DNA from: Lama guanicoe
Lineage: Eukaryota
DNA: 64,000 bases
Direction of reading: 5' to 3'
Assembly (NCBI GenBank): GCA_013239625.1
Contig: MU053365.1
Coordinates: forward strand, 2,142,115-2,206,114
A model generated the notes under the pieces. The model had not been told where the DNA came from. It saw only the letters and a list, made by a program, of their open reading frames with translations, and did not search any database. The position numbers and the translations under genes were made by a program. This document shows, in pieces, positions 11,630 through 24,749 of this stretch (position 1 is the first letter of the stretch; each line of letters begins with the position of its first letter).

Positions 11630-11950
11630 GTGTCCTATGTGCTTTTTATGTGATAGGCACAGTGTTAAGAGTTGGGGAACTAGAAAAAAGAATAAAATGA
11701 AACACAGCCCTGAGGACCCCACCACTGATGGAGAAGCAGACATGTAAAGGACCTGTGCTAAGGCAATGTCCTAAATGCTCAGATGTATGAAAACCCTCTG
11801 GAAGCACAAAGAGGGGGCACAGAATCCAGAGGGTGAGGGGTATCGGGGAAAGCTTCCTGGAGGAGATGATACCTGAATCAAGTGTTAGAAAGGTAGTAGA
11901 AGCTAGCCAGGTGAAAACAGGAAGCTATAGGACTACACGAGGGACCAGCT
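11630..11950 (-). mobile_element. L2 fragment
   Basis: aaagcttcctggaggagatgatacctgaa..gctagccaggtgaa, L2-like. Confidence 0.6.
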
Positions 11951-12224
11951 AGTGATGTAAAGAAGGGCGGCGTGGATGAGGAATTACAAACAGTTAACTA
12001 TTGCTATGCCAGTACGGAGAGGGGTACACTGGTAAGAAGCAACCAAAACAAATGTCCCAGAATGATCCTGGGCATAAGAATATGTTTAACTTCTCCAAGT
12101 GATTCTAACCCATAGCCAGGGCTGAGGATTCTCAATACAGACCTTCCCTAGGCTGTGGTTTTCATGTTTAGAGTGCAAAGAAGTCACCTGGGTACTCTCC
12201 GATATCTTCCCACTGTATGCAAAT

Positions 12225-12705
12225 TCAGCTCTAAAACCTTTAAGACGGCCCAGCAGGCCCAGCAGGATCTGGCCCCTCAGCTCGTGGCCACTGTCACCTA
12301 GGCCATTCCCTCCCTTTCATGTCTTCTGCTCTCAGCCTAAGGGACTTTTTCCCTTTCCTTCCAAGTACCCTGATCTCCCACCTCCTGGCCTTTAGTGTGC
12401 TTTTGCTTCTGGCACCATGTTTTTCTGCTTCATTCCCAGCCATTTTGTAATTTCAGTAAATGTCACTTCCTCTGGGAGGTCTTCCTAGGTTCTATCCCAT
12501 TACCATGTATTCCTCTGCATCAAGGTGATAATGGTTGTTGTCATTTGCCTAGTGACTGTGTGGTACTCCTGGCTAGACTGTGATCTCCATTAGGGTGGAG
12601 TCCATATTTGTCTGTTTCAGTACAACATCCTCAGTACCTAACACAATGTCTGACCCATAGAAAGCAATTGCTAAGTATTCTGAGCCATGAACGGATGAAA
12701 GAAAT
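12225..12705 (+). mobile_element. L2 3' end
   Basis: aatgtcacttcctctgggaggtcttcct..ctagactgtgatctcca..cagtacctaacacaatgtctgacccatag..gaacggatgaa. Confidence 0.75.
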
Positions 12706-12759
12706 GACCTAGGACAGGAATTTGTGTTAAGGAAAAATATTAAATTCAGATAGAGATTG

Positions 12760-12905
12760 ACATACACGGATGTTCATCACAGTGGTGTATAGCACAGTTT
12801 AAAAATAGGAATAAAAAAATCCAAATGTTCACCAATAGGAATATGAGTAGATAAATTATGGTGTACCCATGTAAAATGATCTCATGTATGCACTGAAAAT
12901 AGTGT
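12760..12905 (+). mobile_element. Old L1M 3' fragment
   Basis: gatgttcatcacag..ccaaatgttcaccaatagga..ataaattatggtgtacccat. Confidence 0.6.
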
Positions 12906-13594
12906 TGATTTTCGAAATATTCTGCAATTCAATATCAGTTTCACATGTACCAAAATTACTTATGAAAAAAAAATCCCTGGAATGTTTTTGTTTTAGAAAC
13001 TACAGGGGGAGGATGAGAGAATGCCCTTTCACCTAGAATCCTATATTAGTCGAGGTTTAATCAGGGAAATAGAAGCCCCATGAGCGTGAAGCCCACCCGT
13101 ACAGACACCCCTACCCAAGGCACAGGAACCAATACATGAATGAAAGGTGCTGAGCTAGAAAGATCAAGGAAGCCACCACAATCTAACTGGTAACACCAAG
13201 CAGGTGTTCTGAAGTGCGTTCCTGGAAGCCCCTCGAGATGCAAGTGATTCTCAAGAAATCCCTACAACTTGGCTTCAGACCCCAGATCTACCATGTCTGC
13301 CTGCAACTGCCTCCTGAAAATAATACAATTTCTCGTCTGCATTCCAAATTGTGCGCAAATGACCCTCTTGTTGAAGGACTTTAACCCTGAACCAAATGGG
13401 GAAGGGAATTCTGGAGAGGGGGGAGTGGTTATTGGCTTCTTGTTAGAAATGCAAATGAGTGGCAGCAAAGTTGAATGACGACAAACAATTCACCCCAACA
13501 CCCAGTAGGATACAACCTTAACGGAAGCATCCCAAACTTTTGAAGGCATTGTGGGTTAGCGGAAAGAAAATCAAATTGAGAATATGAGGACGCA

Positions 13595-13745
13595 GATTGG
13601 GGTCCTAACTCCACAGTTTACTTGCTATGTGACCTTGGGCAATTTTCTTATGTGCATTGAGAGGAAAATGATAATGTCTTCCCAATGTCAATTAAGGTTT
13701 GGTATTTGAAATGTTTTATTAATTATAAAGCATTATGTGCTAGCT
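13595..13745 (+). mobile_element. MIR SINE
   Basis: MIR core cttgctatgtgaccttgggcaa. Confidence 0.6.
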
Positions 13746-14679
13746 ATGCTTATTAATTATAATTCAACAGTGTGTCTCTCATCCTGATAGGAGCCATCAA
13801 AAGAACAATCTGATATAATAACAATAATGTGAAAAGTATTTAACAAGCAAAATTTCAAAGACACTGTTACAAGAAGCTATATTTAGAGTAAATAACCTTC
13901 TCTCCATTAAATGTAGGTTGATCATTGTGGCAAATGCCGGTACCAGAAGGCTACGTGTGGACTAGTGAGGTCACTGCAAACCTGAAAATCGCTAAAAAGC
14001 AATTTGTAGATTAATAAATGCTTAAGACCTACTGAGAAGATGGTAAAACCTACAGCTGTGTGAAATTGGAATTGTTAAGTCCCAAACTGTTTGTGAATAA
14101 AGATTTTAGAAAAATGTATTTTGGTGGTTTGTAGTTCACTGAATTCATAAAGAAAAGTATGGTTTTCAAACATACCACTTGACCACTTTTCATACCATCA
14201 CAGCCGAAGGGAGCATCCCACTTGCATATTTTCAAAGGATTGAAAAGATTATGACAAAACATCATCCTACCAATCTTCCCAGTGAAATGCCTGAAGGGAA
14301 CGTGACCTTACCTCCTCCACCAGGATGGAGTTTCTTACGGACTCGCTGGGTACCTTCCACTCTCTCCTCTTCAGAGATAGAATAGCCAGTCCTCCTTCCA
14401 AGGAAGTGGGAAGCTAAATCCTGCCTGTGCAACAAAGTCTTCTTTACTCTATTGGATGCACTGTTTAGAATTTCATGTTGAGCTTTTACCTTTCCTTCCT
14501 GGCCTCAATGATAGTGGGTAGGTTTAAAAGATAAGGCCAAAAAAACGTAACGTTATCAGCATCTAGCAAAGCAATGCGCTTCCTCTCCCTGGCCTCGCCA
14601 AGAGGAGACGACTGAATATAATTGCTCACTGGCTTTCCAGAGCAGGTCAGATGATTACTCGGCAGTGACTAGAGGGTTA

Positions 14680-14905
14680 GAACGGGGCATAGAAATCACC
14701 TGGACCTTATGAAAATGCAGATTCAAGCTCAGTATCTGGGCTGGGGCTGACGGTCTACGTTTCCAACAAGCTCCAAGGTGATGGAGATACTGACAGCCAC
14801 GATTACAGTTCAAGGAACAAGAGACCACACCTGCGTTTCCCAAAGGGGCCTTTTGATAAAAATTACCTGGAGTAGTTGTTAAAATGCATAATTCCAGCCT
14901 CTGGG
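14680..14905. mobile_element. MER5-type hAT-Charlie relic(s)
   Basis: aatcacctgga..aaaatgcagattc..tttccaacaagctccaaggtgat. Confidence 0.65.
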
Positions 14906-15368
14906 CACAAATGACTCCCAGTCCCAGGGATAGGCAGAGGCACTAAATTACACGCGGTGTCAGATTTGAATCCAGGTCCATTTATTCCTGAGCGACTCTT
15001 CCCACAACATCCAGCTCTAAGAGGAGGCAACTTCGTAGCTGAAATAATTGCAGGACCCTGGGTACATCGGCCACGCCCCAGAGCCTCAGCTACTACCCTG
15101 AATCCCAAATACCAAAATGACATGCCCAGTTGGACCCTGTTTCCTCATGACCTCTCAGCCTTGCTCCACAGGACAGCCGGCCTGGCATTCAGCCTGGGTC
15201 TGCCCTGAAATCCCCCCTCACAAGGGCCTCATTTCCATAATCCTCATCAGGCCCCCAGAGCCCAGCAGGACCAGCCCCCCAGGCTCTGCATTTGCTCCGG
15301 ACTTCAGCGTTCTCCTGTGTTCGCAAACAGGATTCTAAGGGGCCCTTCTAGGCATTTTAGAAAATGCA

Positions 15369-15484
15369 AAAAAAGTGACAATGAATGTATATATGTTCAT
15401 GTACAACTGAAAAATTGTGCTCTACACTGGAATTTGACACATTGTAAAATGATTATAAATCAATAAAATGTTAAAAAAGAAAAA
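15369..15484 (+). mobile_element. Young L1 extreme 3' tail with TSD
   Basis: L1-like tail (tatatgttcatgtacaactgaaaaattgtgctctacac..ttgtaaaatgattat) plus A-rich end; TSD agaaaatgca at 15359-15368 and 15485-15494. Confidence 0.8.
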
Positions 15485-15505
15485 AGAAAATGCACTGTTT
15501 CCATG

Positions 15506-16008
15506 TGAGACAGGAGGGAAGGGGGCAGGGCACAGCCATTAAAGGAATGACACAGCCATCAGCACCAAGGTGGTGGAAGATTCAATTCTCAATAGACCTT
15601 GAGCTTCAGTACAGGCTCATTGAAATACAATAGCTGCTAAATGGCACTCCCACGGGTGCCAGGGCAGTTTCAAGGCTGCCCATTAAAGGTCAGAGGGTAG
15701 GTGATGGTCCAGTTCCTGGGAATCCCAGCCCCTTCCCCAAAGCAGCTGGAATCATCCTCCCACTTGTTAGTATATGAAGTTACCGTAAAAGCTAACAACC
15801 CCACACCTCGTGGGTGGCCGCTCTCCCTTCTGAGTGAGATGCCTGCACTCCGTCTATGGAGGATGTATCTCTCTGAATAAATCTACCCTTTACTCACCTG
15901 TGGCTTGCTCTTGAATTCTTTCCTGCGCCAAGCCCTCGACCCGCACTTGGCGGCCTCAGGCGAGACCTGGGGCACGGCCGTTCTCTCACACCACATTTTC
16001 CTGTATCA
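15506..16008 (+). mobile_element. ERV1 solo LTR, MER41-like
   Basis: TG..CA termini (tgagacaggagggaagg .. cctgtatca), AATAAA at ~15876; flanks catg/cgcg fit a CpG-decayed 4-bp TSD. Confidence 0.85.
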
Positions 16009-16926
16009 CGCGCATCTGCTTCTCAGATGGCTAAGCCACCTGCCTCTTTCTAGTTGATTAACAGGACCGCCTTCCTCATCTTTTCATCTGTGTCCTTCTA
16101 GTAGGTCAGCAGGAAAGAAAAAAACAAATAAAACAAATAAAATTCATGCAAAACAACCTAAGGGCTAAAAGTTACTACTTCAAAGAGACACCAAACAGGG
16201 CACTTTTACTCTGCCCCAACACCAACTTAGAATTTCAGTTCTATTTTATTGTGATGATGATTCTCCAAATGCCAGAAAGATGAGCAGGACAAGAGTGTCC
16301 TTGCTGTAAACAGGGGTGCCGCTGGAAGCCGGAAGCTGACCCTCCTGCTGGGCCACTGCTAACGACAGTTTCCATGTGGACTATCCTTTTCCTAGACAAC
16401 CTGAATTCCTTTCCATCCCTGCCCCCCACCCCAGAAGAATGTACTGGAAAGTAACACGTATTCTTCCTGCTGCCTTAGGGTCTACTGACTCTCCCAATAC
16501 AGATTTCTGTCAGCTGGAGGTTTTGATTGATTGTGATTTTCTACAGCAGCCTTAGGCAAATCACTTAACCACTAATGGGTAAGCCATCATAGCCTTGAAA
16601 TGATGCCTATTTAAAGGCTCAGTGAACTGTGAGTGGAACTATTTCAGAAGCAAGTGTGAAATTTCAAATGAAGTTACCACATTCATTAGGTGTGCATTCA
16701 AATATATTTTGTGTTCAGCCTTCAAACTCGAAGTGGGTAGGTGGGTGGAAGTGAAGAGATCTCAGCATTGGTAGGTCAGTGAGGTCACCTCTCAACGAGT
16801 AAACCAACACCCATGGAACTGAGACCAAGGAGTATATGTTCATGGGGAGGGGGAAGCGCCTTGGAGTACATCGATGGCCCAGGAACACACTTCTTCTCCG
16901 ATCGCCTACTAGCCCTGTGGCTTGGC

Positions 16927-17090
16927 AGTGATGTGCCAGAGCTGGCTTGCATCAGTTTATGAGAGCCTATCAGATTTTTAGATTTGTTGAGCTGGTTAAA
17001 GGAACACTGTAGCTTGAAGTCGACCATGATGAGAATACTTGCATTACAGCAACCATCAAATACTACAACTTACGGTTTTTCAAAACCATT
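16927..17090. mobile_element. MER63-like hAT relic
   Basis: Starts cagtgatgtgccagagctggcttgcatcagtttatgagagcc, as recalled for MER63. Confidence 0.5.
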
Positions 17091-17224
17091 TGTTTGTTCA
17101 CTCCTTCATTTTGGAAACCCTGCTTATCAGCGAACCACTGACTAGGTGAAATGCTTTTCTGCCTTTGTAAGCTCCATTTCTTTATCTGTAAAATAGGATT
17201 AATAATAGGTAGGCCTGCTACTTG

Positions 17225-18845
17225 CAGGACCTTGGACCTTGGTGCAAGGATACAAATGGAGGCCAGTTTAAAATATGTAAATATTTTAAAAATATAAATC
17301 AATCTATTAAATAGTTAAATAAAGTATATTTTATCATCTAATCTTGACAAGTATAGCTCCATGATAACTATCAAAAGAATGTATAAAGCTATGTTTTATA
17401 CATCACAGAAATTTGTCAAAATATCAAAGGCACCTAAAATATTATTACACAGGCCTGATGTTCTGTGGATTGGCTTCACAATGTTTGGATGAAAAACAAA
17501 ATAAAGATCTACCTAATTCATAAATTATTATATATTTATTTAACGAGATAGCTCATTTTCACCATTATTTAAATATAATCTTTTTTTTTAAATTGAAGTA
17601 TGGTTGAATACAACATTGTGTTAGTTTCAGGTGTACAGCATAGTGAGTCAGCATTTTTGCAGATTGCATTCCATTATAGATCATTACGAGATAATGGGTA
17701 TGATTCCCTGTGCTATGCAGTATATCCTTGTTGCTTATCTATTTGATATATAGTAGTTTATATCTCTTAATTCCATTCCCCTAATTTGGCCTTCCCCTTC
17801 CCTCTTCTGTTTGGTATAACCTTTAATTATGCTGGTATACTCAAGATTTTTGTATAATTTGTATTGAAAGTAAAGATGTAAAGGATTAAAAATACAAGAG
17901 TACTCCAAGTGTGCAAAATTTTGGTATATTTTTATAACAATGTAAACTATTTTTTTAAAAAAATGTGTTAGCATACTTACAAAAGTTATTATTTTAAATA
18001 TTCAAAATAACCTATTAAATCTAAAAATATAAATTATGATTGACAAAGATAAAATTTTGAAATCAAAGTTAGGTAAATAAAGCTCATACCTTTGGGGAAA
18101 AATTTAACTTATTAATTTTTAAATTGAAATAACTATTAAATAGTTTTATAAAACGATTCACAACTCTAGTTCAATATCCTTATCCTTGCTCATGTAAAAA
18201 ATTGATATCACACTTTTTATTTATTAGCATGTAAAGAATTGATATTATACAGTGTATATATTAGCTCAGTACCTCTGGAGAAATAAAATTATGAAAACAC
18301 AAAGCATTTAATATTGAATAATGTTCTTCAGCTGCTATGTGCAACTATTAATTTGTGAGTATTTCTAGAACCATGAACATAAGAAAGCAGAAGAAAGAAA
18401 ATAATTAGAACACTCAGGAACAATGTTATGGAAGAATCTATTACATTCACACTATCAAAGAAGATGTAAGAATTAACTTGTCTTTTCTGCTACCTAAGCG
18501 CTTCTACCACCAAAATGCTCCCTGTACTCTGAAGCTCCCTGTCCTTTGTCCCTCTCTGATGTCAGCAGTGGCACAACCGCATTTGTACAGTTTCCTTTTG
18601 TTTGGGGGTCACAGGACAAGAGATACAGGGCTTGAACAGCCATTAGTCATAAGAATGGAATGCTATGGGTGACACTGTGCCAGCACTGAGCACAAGATTC
18701 TGAATGACACAGGCACTCAGTTTTATTTTTTTAATAAATTAATTCCTAAGTATATGTGATTCTACCACCCAGGACCCTCTAAATCACAGGGTTCAGTACA
18801 GGAGGCTTTCTTCTCCAGGTCTAAGGGCACAACCATGTTAAGCCA
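17225..18845. mobile_element. Probable old AT-rich hAT-type DNA transposon relic interrupted by an L1 tail
   Basis: Very AT-rich interior with GC-richer ends (gtgcaaggatacaaatggaggcc; cccaggaccctctaaatcacaggg); family unresolved. Confidence 0.35.
17584..17814 (-). mobile_element. Young cetartiodactyl-type L1 3' tail
   Basis: T-run then aattgaagtatggttgaatacaacattgtgttagtttcaggtgtacagcatagtga; TSD tataa(t/c)cttt at 17574 and 17815. Confidence 0.85.
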
Positions 18846-19085
18846 CTATGTGTTAAGTGCTCTGTGTACAATATCACATCTAATCTTTACAAAAACCCTA
18901 CCATATATTAACCAATGCTCTATAATTGTTAGCTATTCTTATTATTTTATTCTTATTATAACTTTAATTATTATTCCTTACAGAAGAATCTAGCTCCTTA
19001 TACAAACTGTCACCGCAGGATGCACTGGAGTCCCTGCATGAAGGAGTCCCTGTAACATATAGAAAAGGAAAGCGTTAATGTGGCC

Positions 19086-19572
19086 TGTACCAGTTTCCTA
19101 TTGCTATTGTAACAAATCATTGCAAACTTAGCAGCTGGAATGAAGCAAATGTATTATTTTACATTTCTGTAGATAAAAGTCTGACAAAAGTCTCCCTGGA
19201 CTAAAATCAATGTGTCAGCAGGACTGTGTTCCCTCTGGTGGCTCTAGGGGGCAATCAATTTCCTTGCCTTTTTCAGCTGCTCAAAGCTGCCGACATTCCT
19301 TGGCTCATGGCCACTTCCTCCATCATCAAAGACAACAATAGAGTCAAGTGCTTCTTATCTTGCATCACCCTGACTTCTTCCCCTCTTCTACTTTAAGGAC
19401 CCTTGTCATTACATTGGGGGGCCCACCTGGACAATCCAGCATAACCTCCCCGTCACAAGATCCTTAACTTAATCACACCTAAAAATTTCCTTTTGCCATA
19501 TGAAGGTAACATAGTCATGCATTCCAGAGATTAAGACATGGACAATTTGGAGCATCACTGTTCTGTTGGCCA
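19086..19572 (-). mobile_element. MLT1 (MaLR) solo LTR, MLT1C/D-like
   Basis: tgtaccagtttcctattgctattgtaacaaat..aatcaatgtgtcagcagg..gacccttgtcattacattggg..aggtaacatagtca. Confidence 0.85.
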
Positions 19573-21718
19573 TTGAGCCTCCTACATTTGAACTTCAGCA
19601 CAACTACTGTTCCAGTAACTGACATCTGACCACATTCCTCCCCTGATTTTCTACTTCATAGAAGTCTGTCCTTCCTTCCTCCTTTCCTTCCTTCCTTTCC
19701 TTCTTGCCATTAATGGAAAACTTACATGTGAGCCAGATGTTATTCTAGGCACAGGGGATAGAGCCATGAACAAATAAATATAACCCCTTCTGATATGAAA
19801 TTTACTGTATAGTTGGTAAGACAGATATTAATCAAGAATCATACAAATTAATGTAAAATGCCAAAATTGCCCTTAAAGTTGTACCCAAACAGCGGTTAAG
19901 AGACAGGAGGAAGGGACATGCTTTGGAGACCATCCACTAGGGGATAAGAATAACAGCAGGTGCCCTGGACACTTAGCTAAGACATCTTTTCCATGTGATT
20001 TTCAGTCATAACCATGTTCATTTCATTTAGCTAACAATTGCCTTTTCCATTTCAACTTTATAGTTTTTTTTTATAAATGCTTTCAGCATATACAGGAAAT
20101 AAAAGTAGGTTTCACATGATTAGACAGTCACAAAAATGCTTTGGCTTGAATACCCTGGGAGTGTCATCTCCACTGATGGATACTTGTGTAGCACTCTGAG
20201 ATAGAACTGTGCGGACATTGGCCAAAGGTGACGGCACTTGTAAAGTACTTAAAAACAGGATTCTTGTTTCCATGTTCAATAGCATAAGCTTTTGGCTGAG
20301 GGAAGCATCGGTGAGAGCAAGAGAGGCAGGATCAAAGGGAAGGTCAAGACACCTGATTTGGTATCTGTGTTTGTTTTTCTACCGCTGGGTTTTGCCATTA
20401 CTCTAAACTTTGGGAGAGAGGAGAGTGCTGAACAAGGGGGCTCAAATAGTTAATGCCCTCCGGGGCCCCAGGAGGACTAGGACATAGCTTATTTTAACTA
20501 CAGAAGAGATCTCTGCTTTCATAAGTTTCAAGAATGAGTAGGAGAGTTAAATCCTTGAGGTGCAATACAATTGAGAACTTTCTAATAGAAGACAAAGCAA
20601 AACAGTCAACAAACCAAAAACAAATATCGGTCCAAAATAGCCTGGCATTCATTTGATATGTTTGCCAAAGAGCTCTAAGATTATTTTGGCTGCAAGCAAT
20701 CTATTTCTTTTCCTCTTTTATTGTTACGATTTTTAAAAATATTGTCACACTTATTTGGAAAAGAAGTAGTGGTTTTCACCATTGTCTTATTAAATGCAGA
20801 AACTTACGGCTAGGGGAGGACTAGTCTGCAAAGGCTGCGTACTCTCCTGACTTAAGAATTCGCGGGGCAGTTCAGCACCTATGCTTCCCTCTCATCTTCA
20901 TTATTTATTTAAAACCACACATCTAGGAGATCAGTTTTGTGTTGACTCTCATTTATTTTCCCCAGTACAGAGATGATTAGTTAAGGCAACAAAATTCAGA
21001 TCTGGAAATTTGTGCTGTAAACACTTTGCTAAGCAGCATCTGTCAAATTAAGATGGCTGACTTGGCCTTGAGCGTCCTTTAAAATGAGGTTTCTCTGTCT
21101 ACGGAGCATTATTCCTGGAGGCTAGGTTTGGTAAGAAATAATTTATGGTGTCCAAAACACCCTTGATGATTTTAACTGTTTCATCTTTATGAAGAGACGA
21201 TTTTCAGGTCTAGGGACTTATTAATTATATTACTGCAGAAAAGATGTGTCAAAATGGCAAAGTGTCATCTGTAAGGACTGCATGTACCAAGCAACTTATT
21301 ATTGGTATGGACCCAAGTACTGCCTGATCTATATTCTGTAAAACAAAGGCAAACAAATTCAGGATATATGCGGGAACCAGTTTCCTCAAGAAATGGCATG
21401 GCCTCCTGAATTAAAGCAAAGCACAAAGCCCTCGAGGTCTGCAAGAAACCTCTGGTGTGGAGGAAGTTTCAGAGGGTCAAGCAATATTAAGTTGCTCCAG
21501 TGAGGATTCTTATTCTTAAGGTCTGTTTACATGGATATCCATGGCTACCAATACGCCTGCCCCCGCCCCAGGTATTGGTTGCCCTTTGAAGGTGCTAACC
21601 TTGGTATGGATAAAAGCAAGAGGCTTCAGAACTGCTACAGGCTGGGGTATTCCAAAGAAACTTTACTAAACATAAGTAAAAACCTAGAGGGAAATAAATA
21701 AAGGAAAACACAGAGCAC

Positions 21719-22196
21719 TGAAGGGAAGAAAAATTAATGTTCGCTCTACCCCTCTAAGTTCTTGGCTGAGACCACCCCCCAGTAATAATAAAAAGACAGA
21801 TTAACAGGAGAAAAACACATTTAATAACATACGTATGGGAGTCCCACAAAGATTTGAGACTCAAAGGCAGCTAGACACTTACAGCCTATGTGCCCTCCTG
21901 AGCTAAGGAAAGGGAGAGGGGTCTAGGGCTTCAAAGGGAAAGAAGACACTTCACAGGGAGACAGAGAAGAGAAAATGTTTGGTAAAGAAATGTTTGCCCT
22001 GCCATGCGGGTAAAGCTCTCAGGTGAAAACCTGATCTCTGGTGGTAGCTGGGCTCCTGGCACAGGCCCGCTTTCCGAATTCTTCTAGACACTTAAGGGGA
22101 GGGTGAAAAGCTGCTTCTGAGTCTGCTGGGTCCCGTTGCCTTCAGCCCCACATGACAAGAGGCATATATTGGGGTGGCGTACTCTGCTCTCCTTCA
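21719..22196 (-). mobile_element. ERV1 solo LTR, MER34/MER39-like
   Basis: Terminal inverted TGAAGG..CCTTCA; flanks gcac/gcat (4-bp TSD, 1 mismatch); minus strand starts tgaagg..gccaccccaatatatgcc. Confidence 0.8.
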
Positions 22197-23090
22197 GCAT
22201 AAAACAGTGAAGCTTACAAAGTACAGGCCTGCAATTCAAAAGTAACCTGAACCTGGAGTCTGATGTGGAGCAGACACTCAAAATATTCGTTTGAAAAAAT
22301 ACATATACTCGCATATATACATGTGCTGTTATTTATTGTGTATTAAGATTGAAGGAATCAAATGCTACAAAGAATTCAAATTAACCCAAAGAAAGGTAGG
22401 TTGGGATTGGAATGAATAGAAAGGCACAAGGGCTGGGGGAATTTCTTGGCCCTCCCTTTGAAGCAGAACCTGGAAGGTGGCTTTATCTCCTTCACATAGA
22501 TAGAATTGCTTTGAATGGCCTGATATTTGCATGATGAGTTGGCTTTGTTCCTTTTGTGGGCTGTAAAATTGCTTCAGAATACCTTTGCCTAAATTTATCT
22601 GTTTCCTACTTCTGGGCTTTTATGGTTCTCTGAGAAAGGCTCAGCTGCTCTGATAGGTACAATTTAGGCACTTTAGGATCTTTAAATATTCTAACCAGAA
22701 CTTGACACCTCAAAGTAGGTGAGAGTCCAAAATGGGGATAATGTACTTTGGCTAGAGGGGAGGGTGGTGATGGGCTGTGAACCACAGGGTGTGAGAAAGA
22801 AGATACTTCCCTGGACCAGGCAAAGACCAGAACTCTCTCTCGGCTTCCACTATGCATTCTGAGAAAGAGTCACATACTCAAGATGAGCTGGCTGCTTCAC
22901 AGAGCTCTGTCTCCAGTAGGATTTCTGGCTTCAAAGGGGTAATAAAATCTCCCAAACAAGATGAGTTTTTGTCTTGTTTCAGTTACTCCAGGACCCTAAG
23001 GGTTCATGATTTATATATGTGTGTGTATGTGTGTGTATGTGTACGTCTCTGCGATGAAGGCCAAGGGGGAGAAGACGGGGGAAGAACTAG

Positions 23091-23682
23091 TGTTAACAGG
23101 ACTATTGCCCCAGGATCATACCCCTGCCCCTCACTTGAATAGAAACCAAATATTCTTATCTACGTTTCAGGACGAAGCTGCAAAGAGGAAAAACAAGAAC
23201 TGGTTAGATCGAACTAGGCCCAAGATGGCAGAGGATTTGACTTCCAATGGACCTTGAACCTCACTATACGCTCATTGTAATGCATAATCGCTAAATGGCA
23301 CACCTACCAGCGCCATGACAGTTGATGATTACCATGACAACAACCTGAAAAGGCCATACGAGGACTGAAAACAAGAGTTGCATCAGTTCTGGGTTCAAAC
23401 CACACCCCTATTCTCATGAATATTCCTCCCACTCTTTCCACTTCCTTCTCTTTGCCCTTGACCCTCCTATATATTTGGTATCTCCACTTGAATTGGGTTG
23501 AGAAGTTGATTTGTGAACTAGATTCCCACTTCCCCATTCTTTGACCATTGAATAAAGCCTGCGCTGTTCCAGTCTCAGTATTGGTTTTGTCATTGGCTGC
23601 AAAAATCCGATCAGAAAAAGAACCTCCCTGGCTGTGACAGGGGGTTCTCGGCCTGGGCTAGGACCTGACTAATTCAGTGATG
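23091..23682 (+). mobile_element. ERV1 solo LTR, MER41-related
   Basis: TSD ctag at 23087 and 23683; AATAAA at 23551; shares the block ccaagatgg..gaccttga..gctcattg..gctaaatggcac with the 15506 LTR. Confidence 0.8.
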
Positions 23683-24439
23683 CTAGGACCAGCAGAAGGG
23701 CCCACTACTAGTCCAGCAACATGAGCTTAAGTGCAGCCGAGCTATAGACAGATCAACAGCCAGATCAATAGATAGATTTCATATATAATTTCACCATGCA
23801 ATATTCATATAACAGATTTCAGAAATTCAATGCCTCAATCCTTAACAATTAATGAAGGGTCTGATCTTCTAAGATCCTAAACACATAATCATATTCATAC
23901 CAATGGAAAAAATATTCATACCAGTGAGTACGAAATACTGAATGTTCAACTGCCATTTCGTGTGTAAAGCAAGTTTTTTATAAAAGGGTGAGATATGTCA
24001 AAAATCTGCAGTGAGGTTTTTCTTTTTTTAATTTCTTTTTTGGGGGTATTACAGTTTGCAGATAAAGCTATTTTCAAATAATAAGGATTTTAGAACACAA
24101 AGGCTCAACTGTACTATTCCATGAGGAATCCTGAGCAAGGATTCTATTTTCGGAACTGAGAACGCAGGAAGGATCAAGGGCATCGGTGATTACAATTGCT
24201 TCGTATTGCTTAGAGGGGCTCAAGTGATTAAAATATCTGTTTGAAGAAAAGAAAATGCCATGACGTCTGTCTAAACAAAGACAAAAGTGACAAATAACGA
24301 TTTGTTGCTTTCTGAGAGTACAAATCCCTCAAGCTGAAATGCTTTCTGTGGAGGGTTTTGTGCTCTAAAGGGGACAGAAACCAAGGAGCAAAGGTCCCTG
24401 AAAGAAGTGACCTGGGCATCCACCCAAGGATGAGGTCCT

Positions 24440-24610
24440 TGTCCCTAGGTCCACCACTACCGAGCTGTGTAATCTTAGGCAAATTACCTAGCCTTTCTGA
24501 GTATCAGTTTTTCCATTTGTAAAGTAGGAATATTATATTCTCACCTCCAAGAGTTGTTATGAGGGTCATCTGTCAGAATGTATGCAAAATGCTTCATAAA
24601 TCCTACAGTT
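24440..24610 (+). mobile_element. MIR SINE
   Basis: gctgtgtaatcttaggcaaattaccta..tcagtttttccatttgtaaagtagg. Confidence 0.7.
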
Positions 24611-24749
24611 CCACGCCAACAAAACTTACTAACAACTTCATTCACTGAATGAAAACTGAATAAAGGAAAGCTGTGAATATAATAATAATTATCTATTATC
24701 AGTTGCTAATTCCTTACTCCTTGTTGGACCCTGAATTATCTAAGCATTT

